Of a stretch of 64,000 nucleotides of DNA, positions 23,177-34,713 are shown piece after piece; position 1 is the first letter of the stretch, and the number at the start of each line of letters is the position of its first letter. This DNA is from an uncultured delta proteobacterium (lineage in GTDB: Bacteria > Myxococcota_A > Polyangia > Palsa-1104): the NCBI GenBank assembly GCA_963785725.1, contig CAWAWS010000039.1:448001-512000 (forward strand), in the 5' to 3' direction. Below the pieces are notes generated by a model, which saw only the letters and a program-made list of their open reading frames with translations, searched no databases and had not been told where the DNA came from. A program made the translations under genes and the position numbers.

Positions 23177-24225
23177 ACCGCGTGAATTCGTCGAGGCCGC
23201 CGATTTCGTCGACCCAGTCGCGCAATCGGCGTAGGCCGGTCGGCTGATCGATCGTCGGGCGAAATCCGAAGTCGCGGCGCGCGGCGGTCGTGTCGTACGT
23301 CGCCGTCAGCGTCAGGAGGCCGAGCGCGTAGCGCGACAGCGGCGGGGAGCGGCGATCGCCGAGGCCGGGCAGCTGCCACAAGACGTCGATGGCGCGGGCC
23401 AGCGCGCGCGCCATCGGCAACGGTATGCGCCGGCGCACGCGCGGCAGCTCGAACAGCTCGGCGAGCACGTTCGCGAACGGCCAGACGTCGGTCGGCTCGG
23501 CGTCGCACACGAAGTAGGCCTTGCCGCCGACCGCCGGCGAGCGCGCCGCCTGCAGGCATGCGGCGGCGGCGTGGTCGACGTAACAGAGGCTCGCCTTGAA
23601 CGCGCTTGCCGCCCGAGAGGTCGGGCAGTCGACCGGCGGCCAGCTTGGCGACGATCTTCGGCAGGAAGCCGGTGCGATCGCGCGGTCCCCAGATGCCGCG
23701 CGGCCGAATGGCGCAGGTGACGAAGCCGCGGCCGTTGGCGCCGAGGACGAGCTGCTCGGCCAGCGCCTTGGTCTCCGAGTACAAGTTCACGAAGCGAGGC
23801 GGATAAGGATAGCGCTCATCAATGGCCACCTGATCGCGATCGTCGGCGACGACGCTGGGGCTGCTGACGAACACGAAGCGGCTGACGCCGTTGCGGCGCG
23901 CGGCGTCGACGAGGGCGCGCGTGCCGGCGACGTTGGCGTCCCAGAATTGACGGCGCGTGCCGAAGTCGCTGACGCGCGCGGCCGAGTGGTAGACGACGTC
24001 GACGCCGCGCGTGGCGGCGGCGAGCGACTTGGGCTCGGTGACGTCGCCGGGGACGAGCTCGACGGCGCCTCGGTCGCTGGCGGTAACGGCGGCCGAGCGC
24101 GCGCGCAAATGAGCCGTGTCGCTCGTCGGCCGAACGAGCGCGCGCACGTCGTCACCGGCGGCGAGGCAGTGGTCGACGAGGTGGCCGCCCAAGAAGCCGG
24201 AGGCGCCGGTGACGAGGACCTTCAC
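23166..24225 (-). pseudogene. NAD(P)-dependent 3beta-HSD/OleD-like reductase (LstD-like) with a +1 frameshift at ~23595-23600 (may be a sequencing error)
   Basis: VLVTGASGFLGG, YSETK, RPRGIWGPRD in one frame; ASLCYVDHAA..GKAYFV..RRDFGFRP in another; span is 3n+1. Confidence 0.85.
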
Positions 24226-24587
24226 GTGCTCGGTCCCACGGGAAAGCGAGGCCGGACGAGGCGGCCGCCCAAGAAGTCGGCCGAACTGGCTGTGACTGCT
24301 CTCCGCTTGCACGGCCGTAAGGCAAAACCAGGCGTGACGAGCACGGCGCCCGAGCAATGCGCGGTGCCGGCCGCGCTCGCCGTTCCGCGGCGCGGCGGCG
24401 CGGCGAAGCCAGGCGGGACGAGCACGCCGCGCCCGAAATCCACCGCGTTGCGCGGCGGCGCGGCGAAGCTAGGCGCGACGAGCACGCCGCGCCCGAAATC
24501 CAACGCGCGGCGCGGCGGCACGGCGAAGCCAGGCGCGAGGAGCACGCCGCGCCCGAAATCCACCGCGCCGCCGATCAACGCCTTCAC
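24222..24587 (-). repeat. 60-bp repeat x3 plus a partial copy, forming a 121-aa ORF coupled at both ends
   Basis: agcacgccgcgcccgaaatcca at 24421, 24481 and 24541. Its GTG overlaps the ligase TGA; its TGA overlaps the reductase GTG. Confidence 0.8.
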
Positions 24588-26821
24588 GTGCGCGGCCCCG
24601 CTCCGGCGTCGAGGAACTTCCACCACGTCGCGCCATACAAGAACGTGTAAGCCACCGTTTGCGTCCGCGAGTAGCCGGCGCGCCGACCGCGCGGCAACGC
24701 CGTGAACAGCTGCAGCCCATGCACGACGACGCTCAGGAACACGTCGATCGCCCACAGCACCCGCAACAGCGACGGCAGCGGCACGACGAGGCCAATGATG
24801 ATGAACAACCAACCCGCGAGCGGAATCAGCTTGAGCGCGTGCGGCGGCGGCGCCAGCTGACGCGCGGCCCATTCGGCCAGCTGCCCGCGGTCGATCTTGG
24901 CGTTGTGGCGAATGTCGACGGGAAAGCCGCGATGAAACAGGAACGCGCGCGCGCCGCGCGTCAACGGATTCGCGGCCGCCAGCGCGATGAGCTGCCGCTC
25001 GATGGCCGGCCGGTTCCGCCACTGGTCGCGCTGCAGCTCGACGCACACCACCGGCTGTTGCGCGCCGATCGGCCCGACACCGACGAGCGCGCTGCGATAG
25101 ACGGCCGGATGCGCGTCGAAAATGCCCTCCCATTGCGCCGTGTACTGCGGTCCGCGCACCGTGTGCACCGTCTGGCTCTTGCGCCCGGCGAACCAGACGC
25201 GTCCGTCGCCGTCGACGCGGCCGAGGTCGCCCGTGCGATGCCAGCTGCGCGCGCCGTCTTCGATCTTCATGAGCGCGTTCGACTCGGGCGACTCGTGATA
25301 GCGGCGACTGACGAGCGGCCCGGCGATCGTCAGCTCGCCCACCTCGCCCGGCGCCGCCAGCAGCGCGTTGGACCAGCGCGTGATCGGGTCGTCGCTCGTG
25401 CGAATGACGCGCAGCTGCAGCGACGGCAGCGGCCGGCCGACGCAGCTGCCGTGGCCAGCCGCGCTGCGCGCCGAGAGCGAGCCCGCATGCTCGCCGTTCT
25501 TGGGAGATGATGCGTCTGCGAGCGTGGCATTTCCCGACCGAAGCGCGCCGTCCCGCGCGGGTCGGCCGGCGGCGCCATCGCCTGCGGCCGCAGCGACCGC
25601 GGCGGCAGCGCCGGTCACCGCATCGCCCGCGGCCGCGTCGCCGGTCGCCGCCGCGCCGGTCGCCGCCGCGCCGGTCACGGCATCGCCCGCGGCCGCGTCG
25701 CCGGTCGCCGCCGCGCCGGTCACGGCATCGCCCGCGGCCGCGCCGGTCGCCGCCGCGCCAGTCGCCGCGTCGCCGGCCGCCGTATCGCCGAACAGCTCGT
25801 CGGCGGCGATCGACGCGATCGGCAGCGCCTCGGTCGCGCCATACGTCACGTGCAGCCGCGCGTCCGCCGCCATTAGCCCGACGAACCGCCGCGCGATCGA
25901 CGGCAACACCGGCGCGCCGCCCGCAATCACCCGCCGCAGCGAAGGCAACTTATGATGATGCTCGACCGCATAGTCGCCCACCCGCCGCAAGAACGCGGGC
26001 GACGCGAACATATGCGTGACCTCGTGCTGCGCGATCGTCGCGATCATCGCCGCCGCGTCCGCCAGCGCCGGCCGGTTGGGATCGATCGGCGGCAAGATCG
26101 TCGTCGCGCCGATCAGCAAATGAAAGGCCGTGAACAGCGGCAGCGGCGCCAGCGCGACATCATCCGGCCCGTGCGCGAACTCGTGCTCGATGCTGCCGAT
26201 CATGGCGTCGGCGATGCCATGCGTGTACTCGACGCCTTTGGCCGGCCCGGTGGCGCCGGTCGTGAAGTTGATCATCAAGAGATCGTCGGCGCGCGTCTCG
26301 GCGATCGGAAACGGCCCGCTCGGCGCCGTGAAAGCGGCCGGCGGCGGCAGCGTGGCGCCGGTCCAGCCGAGCTTGCGCCCGACGGTGACCCAGCTCCGTA
26401 ACGACTCGAACGAGCGCGGAAACAGCACGCGCACGACGTGCGCCGCCGGAATGCCGACGAGCGCGTCGGCCCCGACGGTGCGATAGGCGTGCAGCATGCG
26501 TCCGAGGCCCATGCCCGGGTCGACGACGACCGGTACGGCGCCTACCTTGAACAGCGCGAACAGCACCGTGAACAGCTCGGGGCTTGGCTTGACCATGAGC
26601 AGCGTCTTCGTACCGCGCCCGATCCTGGCCGCGACCAGCGCGTGCGCCCAGCGGTCCGACTCCTCGTCGAGCTCGCGGAACGTCTTCGACGCATAATGAT
26701 GACGTGCGTCAGCATTGAAGTAGAGCGCGCGCTTGTCCGGCCAGCGCCGCGCGTTTTCCCGCAGCCGCGTGGCGACGTTCAACGGCGAGGCGTGCGGCGT
26801 CTGTGGCGCGAGCGTAGCCAA
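24584..26821 (-). CDS. OleC/LstC-type adenylate-forming beta-lactone synthetase with a C-terminal membrane extension
   Basis: DPGMG, FTTGATGPAKGV, YGATEALP, WHRTGDLG, WFAGRKS, OleC-type FPVDIRHNAKIDR; TTG start. Confidence 0.88.
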   Translation of the reverse strand: MATLAPQTPHASPLNVATRLRENARRWPDKRALYFNADARHHYASKTFRELDEESDRWAHALVAARIGRGTKTLLMVKPSPELFTVLFALFKVGAVPVVVDPGMGLGRMLHAYRTVGADALVGIPAAHVVRVLFPRSFESLRSWVTVGRKLGWTGATLPPPAAFTAPSGPFPIAETRADDLLMINFTTGATGPAKGVEYTHGIADAMIGSIEHEFAHGPDDVALAPLPLFTAFHLLIGATTILPPIDPNRPALADAAAMIATIAQHEVTHMFASPAFLRRVGDYAVEHHHKLPSLRRVIAGGAPVLPSIARRFVGLMAADARLHVTYGATEALPIASIAADELFGDTAAGDAATGAAATGAAAGDAVTGAAATGDAAAGDAVTGAAATGAAATGDAAAGDAVTGAAAAVAAAAGDGAAGRPARDGALRSGNATLADASSPKNGEHAGSLSARSAAGHGSCVGRPLPSLQLRVIRTSDDPITRWSNALLAAPGEVGELTIAGPLVSRRYHESPESNALMKIEDGARSWHRTGDLGRVDGDGRVWFAGRKSQTVHTVRGPQYTAQWEGIFDAHPAVYRSALVGVGPIGAQQPVVCVELQRDQWRNRPAIERQLIALAAANPLTRGARAFLFHRGFPVDIRHNAKIDRGQLAEWAARQLAPPPHALKLIPLAGWLFIIIGLVVPLPSLLRVLWAIDVFLSVVVHGLQLFTALPRGRRAGYSRTQTVAYTFLYGATWWKFLDAGAGPRT
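25575..25790 (-). repeat. In-frame 15-bp Ala/Gly-rich repeat in the ligase
   Basis: G[DA]A[AV][TA] units. Confidence 0.8.
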
Positions 26822-26826
26822 TGATG

Positions 26827-27711
26827 TTAGCGACGATAGATTGTGCAGGCGGTGGTCAGGCCGGCGCCGGCGGATACGAACAAGACCTGCTCGAAGCGCG
26901 CCGTCTGACCGCTCTTGCCGCCCTCATGAAAGCCGAGCGTCAGCGCCGACGTGTGCGGGTCGCCGCCGACGTCGACGCGTACCGTCGCCGCGTCGTCCAC
27001 TTTGAGCTGCGCGGCCAAGGCGGCGCCGAAGCGCGGCGTCACCTGCGACGTCACCAGCAGCGTCTTGCCGAGGTCGATGCGCTCGGCGACGACGTATTCG
27101 TGCACGGCGTCGCGCGCCAGCTCGATGAGCCGCTCGGCGTACCCGTCGTCGGTGTGCACGCTGATTCGCTCGCGTCCGTTCGGCCCGTCCTCGACGAGCA
27201 CGCCCTGCCGGCCGACGAAGCCGTCGTTGGAGTCGCGCACTTGCAGCCGGCCGAAGCCGCGCCCGTCGTCGGCGTCGTGCTGCAGCAGCATCGCCGCGCC
27301 CATCGTCGCGTAGGGAAAGCCGGGCACGTTCGTGCGCCCCGACGGATGCGCGTCGCTCGACACGATCAAGATCGACTGCCCGCGATCGACCGCCAAGAAC
27401 GCGCTCGCCACCTGAATCGCATTCAAGATGCCGCAGCCGCCGTTCATGAGGTCGAGCGACAACGCCGCCTTCTTCGTCGGAAACTTCACGTAATCGAGGT
27501 TGAGCCCGATCTCCTTGGCGACGAGCGCCGCCATCGCCGGCTCGACCATGTTGGCGTCGCGATAGACGCCGACGTTGATGAGCATGTCGATCTCTTCGAT
27601 GGCGACTCCCGCGTTCGCGAGGCAGTCCTTGGCGGCGAGGGCCGCGTGTGCGATGGAGCTGCCGATCCGGCCGTCGGTGGAGACGCCGGTCGCTTTGATG
27701 ATGGCGCCCAT
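26827..27711 (-). CDS. KAS III/thiolase-fold protein with degenerate catalytic residues (LstB-like)
   Basis: IDMLINVGVYRD..EPAMAA, DLMNGGCG; SQ in place of HQ, GDPHTS in place of GNT; AGAGL. Confidence 0.8.
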   Translation of the reverse strand: MGAIIKATGVSTDGRIGSSIAHAALAAKDCLANAGVAIEEIDMLINVGVYRDANMVEPAMAALVAKEIGLNLDYVKFPTKKAALSLDLMNGGCGILNAIQVASAFLAVDRGQSILIVSSDAHPSGRTNVPGFPYATMGAAMLLQHDADDGRGFGRLQVRDSNDGFVGRQGVLVEDGPNGRERISVHTDDGYAERLIELARDAVHEYVVAERIDLGKTLLVTSQVTPRFGAALAAQLKVDDAATVRVDVGGDPHTSALTLGFHEGGKSGQTARFEQVLFVSAGAGLTTACTIYRR

Positions 27712-27713
27712 CG

Positions 27714-28766
27714 TTAGGCCGCCTCGAGCGAGCTGATCGTCGCCGCCAAGCAGCCGGTCACGACGCCCGACGCCGCGGGCACGAGCAGAAACTTTGCGCC
27801 GCGCTTCACCTTCTTCTCCTGCAGATGCTGATAGAGCACGATGAAATGCGAGGTCGTCGCCGTGTTGCCGAGCTGCTCGACCGATACCAGCGACTGCGGC
27901 ATCTCGGTTCCGAAGATCGTGCTCGCGTGGCGCGAAAACTTGCGAATCGCCTTCGTCCCCACTTGGTGGTGCACGATATAATCGTATTTCTCCGCCGCGA
28001 ACGTCGTCCCGCGCTTGGCCAGGAAATCCATATGGAAGCGCGGCCACAGCTGAATGCGCTCTTCTTTATGCATTTCGGCGTTATTCGTATACAGCGCTGG
28101 TCCCGAATGCTCGATGCTCGGCATTCCGATACAAAGCTTCGAATATTCGGCGCAGGTCATGAGCTCGATATAATGAATCTTGTCGGCGTCGTTCTCCGCG
28201 CGATCGAGAATGACGGCCGCGCCCGAATCGCCGACGGTGAGCGAGCCGAACTGCGAGTCGAACGGCTCCTTGATCTCCTGGACGGCGGTATCGGCGATCG
28301 GCGTGATGCATTCGCCGGAGACGACCATTCCGTTACGAACGATGCCGGCGCGAATCATGCGATCGAGCAGGTGAACGCCGGTCATCATTCCCGCGCAGGC
28401 ATTGGAGACGTCGAAATGAATGGCCGAATGCGCGCCCAAACCGCGCTTCAAATGCAGCGCGAATGACGGCTCGAAATGCATCGCATAACTGCCGCCTTTA
28501 TATCGAGTAATCGACGCCGAGATAATGACGTCGAGATCGCGCGCGCGATAACGCGAGCGCTTCAAGCAGTCGCGCGCCGCCAACATCGCCAGCGCGAACG
28601 AGTCTTCGAACGACTCCGCCCGTTTGTCGTGCACGCGCCGCGTCTCGATGCCCGTGATCTCCTGCAGGTCGAACAGCGGCTCGAATTGCATCTGGCTGAT
28701 CAAGTCGCGCGTCGACACCTTCGTCGACGGCAAGTAGGCACCCAAAGCTTCGAACCGCGTATCCAT
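27714..28766 (-). CDS. KAS III/OleA-type Claisen condensing enzyme (LstA-like)
   Basis: GAYLP, ITGIETRR, FDVSNACAG, GDSGAA, HHQVG, GNTA; GGAGG before MDTRF. Confidence 0.9.
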   Translation of the reverse strand: MDTRFEALGAYLPSTKVSTRDLISQMQFEPLFDLQEITGIETRRVHDKRAESFEDSFALAMLAARDCLKRSRYRARDLDVIISASITRYKGGSYAMHFEPSFALHLKRGLGAHSAIHFDVSNACAGMMTGVHLLDRMIRAGIVRNGMVVSGECITPIADTAVQEIKEPFDSQFGSLTVGDSGAAVILDRAENDADKIHYIELMTCAEYSKLCIGMPSIEHSGPALYTNNAEMHKEERIQLWPRFHMDFLAKRGTTFAAEKYDYIVHHQVGTKAIRKFSRHASTIFGTEMPQSLVSVEQLGNTATTSHFIVLYQHLQEKKVKRGAKFLLVPAASGVVTGCLAATISSLEAA

Positions 28767-29753
28767 CCGTCCTCCGTTGAAGGCGCCCGCTTGTGCAAGC
28801 AAGGTGCCCTCGTGTTTCAGCGCCAAAGCCAGGCGGATGGCGGCTTCCAGAAATCGACCCTGGAGACTGCAGCCCCGCTTCTAAGTCCCCGTGGGGACAG
28901 CTGTACTCGGCGTGCGCTGTATAGGACGCAGTGGCCCTTACAACGTCGCCCTGGCCGCGTCTCGTCGTCGCGTCGAGCTTTCGACCCCGCCGTTACGCGC
29001 TACATCTCCATACCCCAAATCGATGCCGCGGTGAGTCAAAATGTTTCGGTCGGCGCGAATTAAATGATTCGCCGCGCGCATTCCACGCGGATGTCGGATA
29101 GTTGCGCTCGCCCGAGAAAATACGAAGAAAAAGCCGCTCGTGAGGCATCTACGTGACGAGAAGACGAGCGTGGCGCAAATCGGAAACATGGCAATCGAGG
29201 CTGCTCGGCGAATGCGAAATGTGAGCGGAGACGGCGACCGCGGCCGCGAAGCCATCGCGAACGACGCGGCGCTGTGCCTATATGGACGCGAGGCCGCGCG
29301 AGCTTGGGCTGCAGACGAAACATTCGGCGTGCATTTTCGCCGCGCGAAAACGGCGATCTCGGCAATCGCTACGGCCGCCACGGTCGTACCGTTGGTATGA
29401 CGCGCGCTGACGTGGTGTTGCGAGCGACACCGGCGCGAAATCGGCGCGAACGCGGTGCGCGCTCGACGCCGCGAAACCCGCGCGACGCCAGCGCGCGAGC
29501 GCGCCGCTTCGTCGACGGGCGCGGCGCGAATTTGGCCCGACCATTTCGCCCTCGACAGCGGGCGCTACGTTCGCTATCAAGCGTCGCGGCCAGGACCTCG
29601 CGCGGCGCGGCCCCAGCCTCGGCGCGATGCGTCATGGCACCAACGAGAAGTGCTCTTTAGTATCGCCGCTTTCGTAGGGTATAAGGAGCGCGTTGGTGGG
29701 CGGCGGGCAGGACGGGTCGCTCACATTTCACGAATCTGGACGGTGCTGCTTTG

Positions 29754-30773
29754 ATGAATAACGCGCATAAGATCGACTCCGCTCCGCTCGCGCCCGAGCT
29801 CTGCCTGCGCATGCATGACTTGATGGTGCGCGCCCGCGTTCTCGAAGAGCGGCTCGTCTCCATGTATCGCCAAGGCGATGGTTACTTTTGGATCGGCGGC
29901 CCCGGCGAAGAGGCGTTCAACGTGCCGCTCGGCCTGCTGGTGAAAAAGGGGCAGGGCGTGCAGTACGATTATCTGCACCTGCACTATCGCTCGTCGGCGA
30001 CGCTGCTGGCGATGGGCGCCGACCCCGTCGATTCCTTGCGGCAAATGAAGAACACCGCGACCGATCCTTATTCGCGCGGGCGTAATTTCGCCGGCCATTA
30101 CTCGGTCAATAAATGGAATATCCCGCCCGTTTCCTCGCCGATCGAAGTGCAATATTCGATCGCGCCCGGAACGGCGTTGGCGCAAAAGCGCGCCGGCGGC
30201 GACGGCATCACCATCGTCACCGGCGGCGACGCCGGCACCGCCGAAGGCGACTTCGCGACCTGCCTCGTATGGAGCTCGCGCCGCGGCCACGAATTACCGT
30301 TACTCATTCTCGTCACCAACAATCGCTGGGGTATTTCGACGAGCTGGGATGGCCAGCACGGCGAAGAGCGCATCTCCGATCGCGGCAAAGCGTTCGGCAT
30401 GCCGACGCGCACCATCGACGGCAACGATCCCGAAGTCAGCTATCGCGCGCTGCAAGAGGCGATGGATTACGTGCGCCGCGAGCGGAAGCCCTATTTGCTC
30501 GAGGCGAACGTGTCGCGGCTTTACGGGCATTCGTCGGCGTCGGGCGCGAACTTCGTGCAGAGCGAGAACGACTGCTTGGCGCGCTTCGAGTCGACGCTGG
30601 AGGAGCGCAAGCTGATTACGCGCGCGCAAGCCGACGAGACGCGGGCGCAATACACGCAAGAGCTGTTGAAGGCGCATAAGCGCATTCGCGACGAAGCGCA
30701 GCCGTCGGGCGACGATATCTTCAAGCACGTCTTTGCCGACGCGCCCGCGTTCGACGATCAGGAGGTCGGCTGA
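29754..30773 (+). CDS. 2-oxoacid (probably branched-chain) dehydrogenase E1 alpha
   Basis: TPP motif GDAGTAEGDF...NNRWGIS, IDGND, RLYGHSS. Confidence 0.88.
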   Translation: MNNAHKIDSAPLAPELCLRMHDLMVRARVLEERLVSMYRQGDGYFWIGGPGEEAFNVPLGLLVKKGQGVQYDYLHLHYRSSATLLAMGADPVDSLRQMKNTATDPYSRGRNFAGHYSVNKWNIPPVSSPIEVQYSIAPGTALAQKRAGGDGITIVTGGDAGTAEGDFATCLVWSSRRGHELPLLILVTNNRWGISTSWDGQHGEERISDRGKAFGMPTRTIDGNDPEVSYRALQEAMDYVRRERKPYLLEANVSRLYGHSSASGANFVQSENDCLARFESTLEERKLITRAQADETRAQYTQELLKAHKRIRDEAQPSGDDIFKHVFADAPAFDDQEVG

Positions 30774-31837
30774 TGTCGACGATGGTGCAGGCGATTCGCA
30801 TGGCGCTGCATGTCGGCGAAGAGCGCCTCGGCGTCACCGACATCTTCGGCGAGGACGTCGGACCGCCGCTCGGCGGCGCCTTTACGCAGACGCAGGGCCT
30901 GAAGACGTCGTGGAATTCGCCGCTCGACGAGCGCGGCATCGTCGGCGCGGCCATCGGGCTCGCGCTCGCGGGTCAGCGTCCCGTCGCCGAGATTCAGTTC
31001 TGCGACTATGCGTTCAACGCGATCGATCTATTGAAGCTGGCGGGCAACATTCGCTGGTCGTCGGCGGGCGATTGGGAAGTGCCGATGGTGCTGATGACGC
31101 CCGTCGGCGCCGGTATTCGCGGCAGTATTTATCATTCGCACTCGTTCGACGCGCAGGCGACGCGTCTGGCCGGCTGGAAAGTGGTCATGCCGTCCAATCC
31201 GCGCGACGCCTACGGCCTCATGTTGTCGGCGATTCGCGATCCGAACCCGGTCATGTATTTGATGCCCAAGGCGCTGCTGCGGGTCAAAGGCGGCGAGGGT
31301 CAGGACGTTCCCGGCGAGCCGGCGAATCCGCGCGAGCTGTCGAAGATGATCGACGCGCCGCTCGGCGAAGGGCGCAGCGATTGGTCGCCCAATTGGCCGG
31401 CGCTCGAAGAGCTGTTCGTGCCCATCGGCAAGGCGCGCGTCGCGCGCGCCGGTCGCGACGTCACGCTGATTACCTACGGTCGCAACGTGCATATGGCGCT
31501 GGCGTCGGCCGAGGAGTTGGCGGCCGAAGGCATCGACGTCGAGATCATCGATTTGCGCTCGCTGCATCCTTACGATTGGCCGGCGATCGTCGAGAGCGTC
31601 ACCAAGACGAACCGCGTCATGTGCGTCAATGAGGACACCGAGATCACCAACTTCGGTGAGCACTTGATTCGCCGCATCGTCGAGGAGCTGTTCTACCAGC
31701 TGCACGCGCCGCCGAAGCTGTTGGCGGGCGCGCACGTTCCGGGCGTCGGGCTCGCCGACAACCTCGAGCACGCCAGCGTGCCGCAGACCGGCCGCATCAC
31801 GGCCGCGCTCCGCGAGCTCGCCAAGCACGTGCCTTAA
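30773..31837 (+). CDS. 2-oxoacid dehydrogenase E1 beta
   Basis: GEDVG..GGAF, PVAEIQFCDY, IIDLRSLHP. Confidence 0.9.
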   Translation: MSTMVQAIRMALHVGEERLGVTDIFGEDVGPPLGGAFTQTQGLKTSWNSPLDERGIVGAAIGLALAGQRPVAEIQFCDYAFNAIDLLKLAGNIRWSSAGDWEVPMVLMTPVGAGIRGSIYHSHSFDAQATRLAGWKVVMPSNPRDAYGLMLSAIRDPNPVMYLMPKALLRVKGGEGQDVPGEPANPRELSKMIDAPLGEGRSDWSPNWPALEELFVPIGKARVARAGRDVTLITYGRNVHMALASAEELAAEGIDVEIIDLRSLHPYDWPAIVESVTKTNRVMCVNEDTEITNFGEHLIRRIVEELFYQLHAPPKLLAGAHVPGVGLADNLEHASVPQTGRITAALRELAKHVP

Positions 31838-31877
31838 CTCGTTTAGTTTCTGGGTTTATAAATCGAGTTTCAGAATG

Positions 31878-31908
31878 AGACGCCGGCGCGATGAATGCGC
31901 CGGCGTCT
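31878..31908. terminator. 12-bp stem-loop between convergent genes
   Basis: agacgccggcgc-gatgaat-gcgccggcgtct. Confidence 0.6.
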
Positions 31909-31919
31909 TCGTATTGGCG

Positions 31920-34097
<2,178 letters not shown>

Positions 34098-34217
34098 ACG
34101 CGCATCGAAACACGCCTGACGTGGCGGTTCAATGTGTCGCCGTCACTCGCAAAGAGTGACAAATTCCTTATACTACCCATTAGCGCGAGCGTATCGCCGC
34201 GCCAGGAGGCCTCCAAA

Positions 34218-34577
34218 ATGGACGATGCCATCGTTTCCCGCACCAAGAATCCCGCAAAGGCCAAGAAAGCCGCGAAAGACCCGCGACGACCAGGCGAGCT
34301 ATGCAAAGCCGAGCCCGGTAAATGGCTGCCGCTCGTCGATCGCAATCGCTGCGAGGGCAAAGACGATTGCGTCGTCGTCTGCCCTTATGACGTGTTCGAG
34401 GTGCGCCGCATCGACGACGCCGATTACGCCAAGCTCGGCCTCTTCGGCAAGCTCAAGAGCCGCGCGCACGGCCGCAAAACCGCGTACACGCCGCACGCCG
34501 ATGCGTGTCACGCCTGCGGCTTATGCGTCGTCGCCTGCCCGGAAAAGGCGATCAAGCTCGTCCTCGCGTCGCCTTAG
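34218..34577 (+). CDS. Dicluster 4Fe-4S ferredoxin-like protein
   Basis: CEGKDDCVVVCP and CHACGLCVVACP; AGGAGG upstream. Confidence 0.85.
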   Translation: MDDAIVSRTKNPAKAKKAAKDPRRPGELCKAEPGKWLPLVDRNRCEGKDDCVVVCPYDVFEVRRIDDADYAKLGLFGKLKSRAHGRKTAYTPHADACHACGLCVVACPEKAIKLVLASP

Positions 34578-34713
34578 CGTCGCCGTCACTCCGCACTAAA
34601 CCGTCAATCGATCGCGACCTCGCGACTGTCTCCAATTCGTGCGGCCGGCGTCGGCGCCGCTGAATACTTAACCCAACGGTTAACGATCGCGATCGCCGGA
34701 ATGGACGCGTTGA

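Noticed and set aside
23166..28766. oleABCD olefin (hydrocarbon) pathway
   Set aside because: No OleB is present. Two KAS III genes plus NRPS and GNAT fit the lipstatin type better.
28938..29754. Several short ORFs in the gap between the cluster and E1 alpha
   Set aside because: No motifs, no clear RBS, and atypical codon usage.
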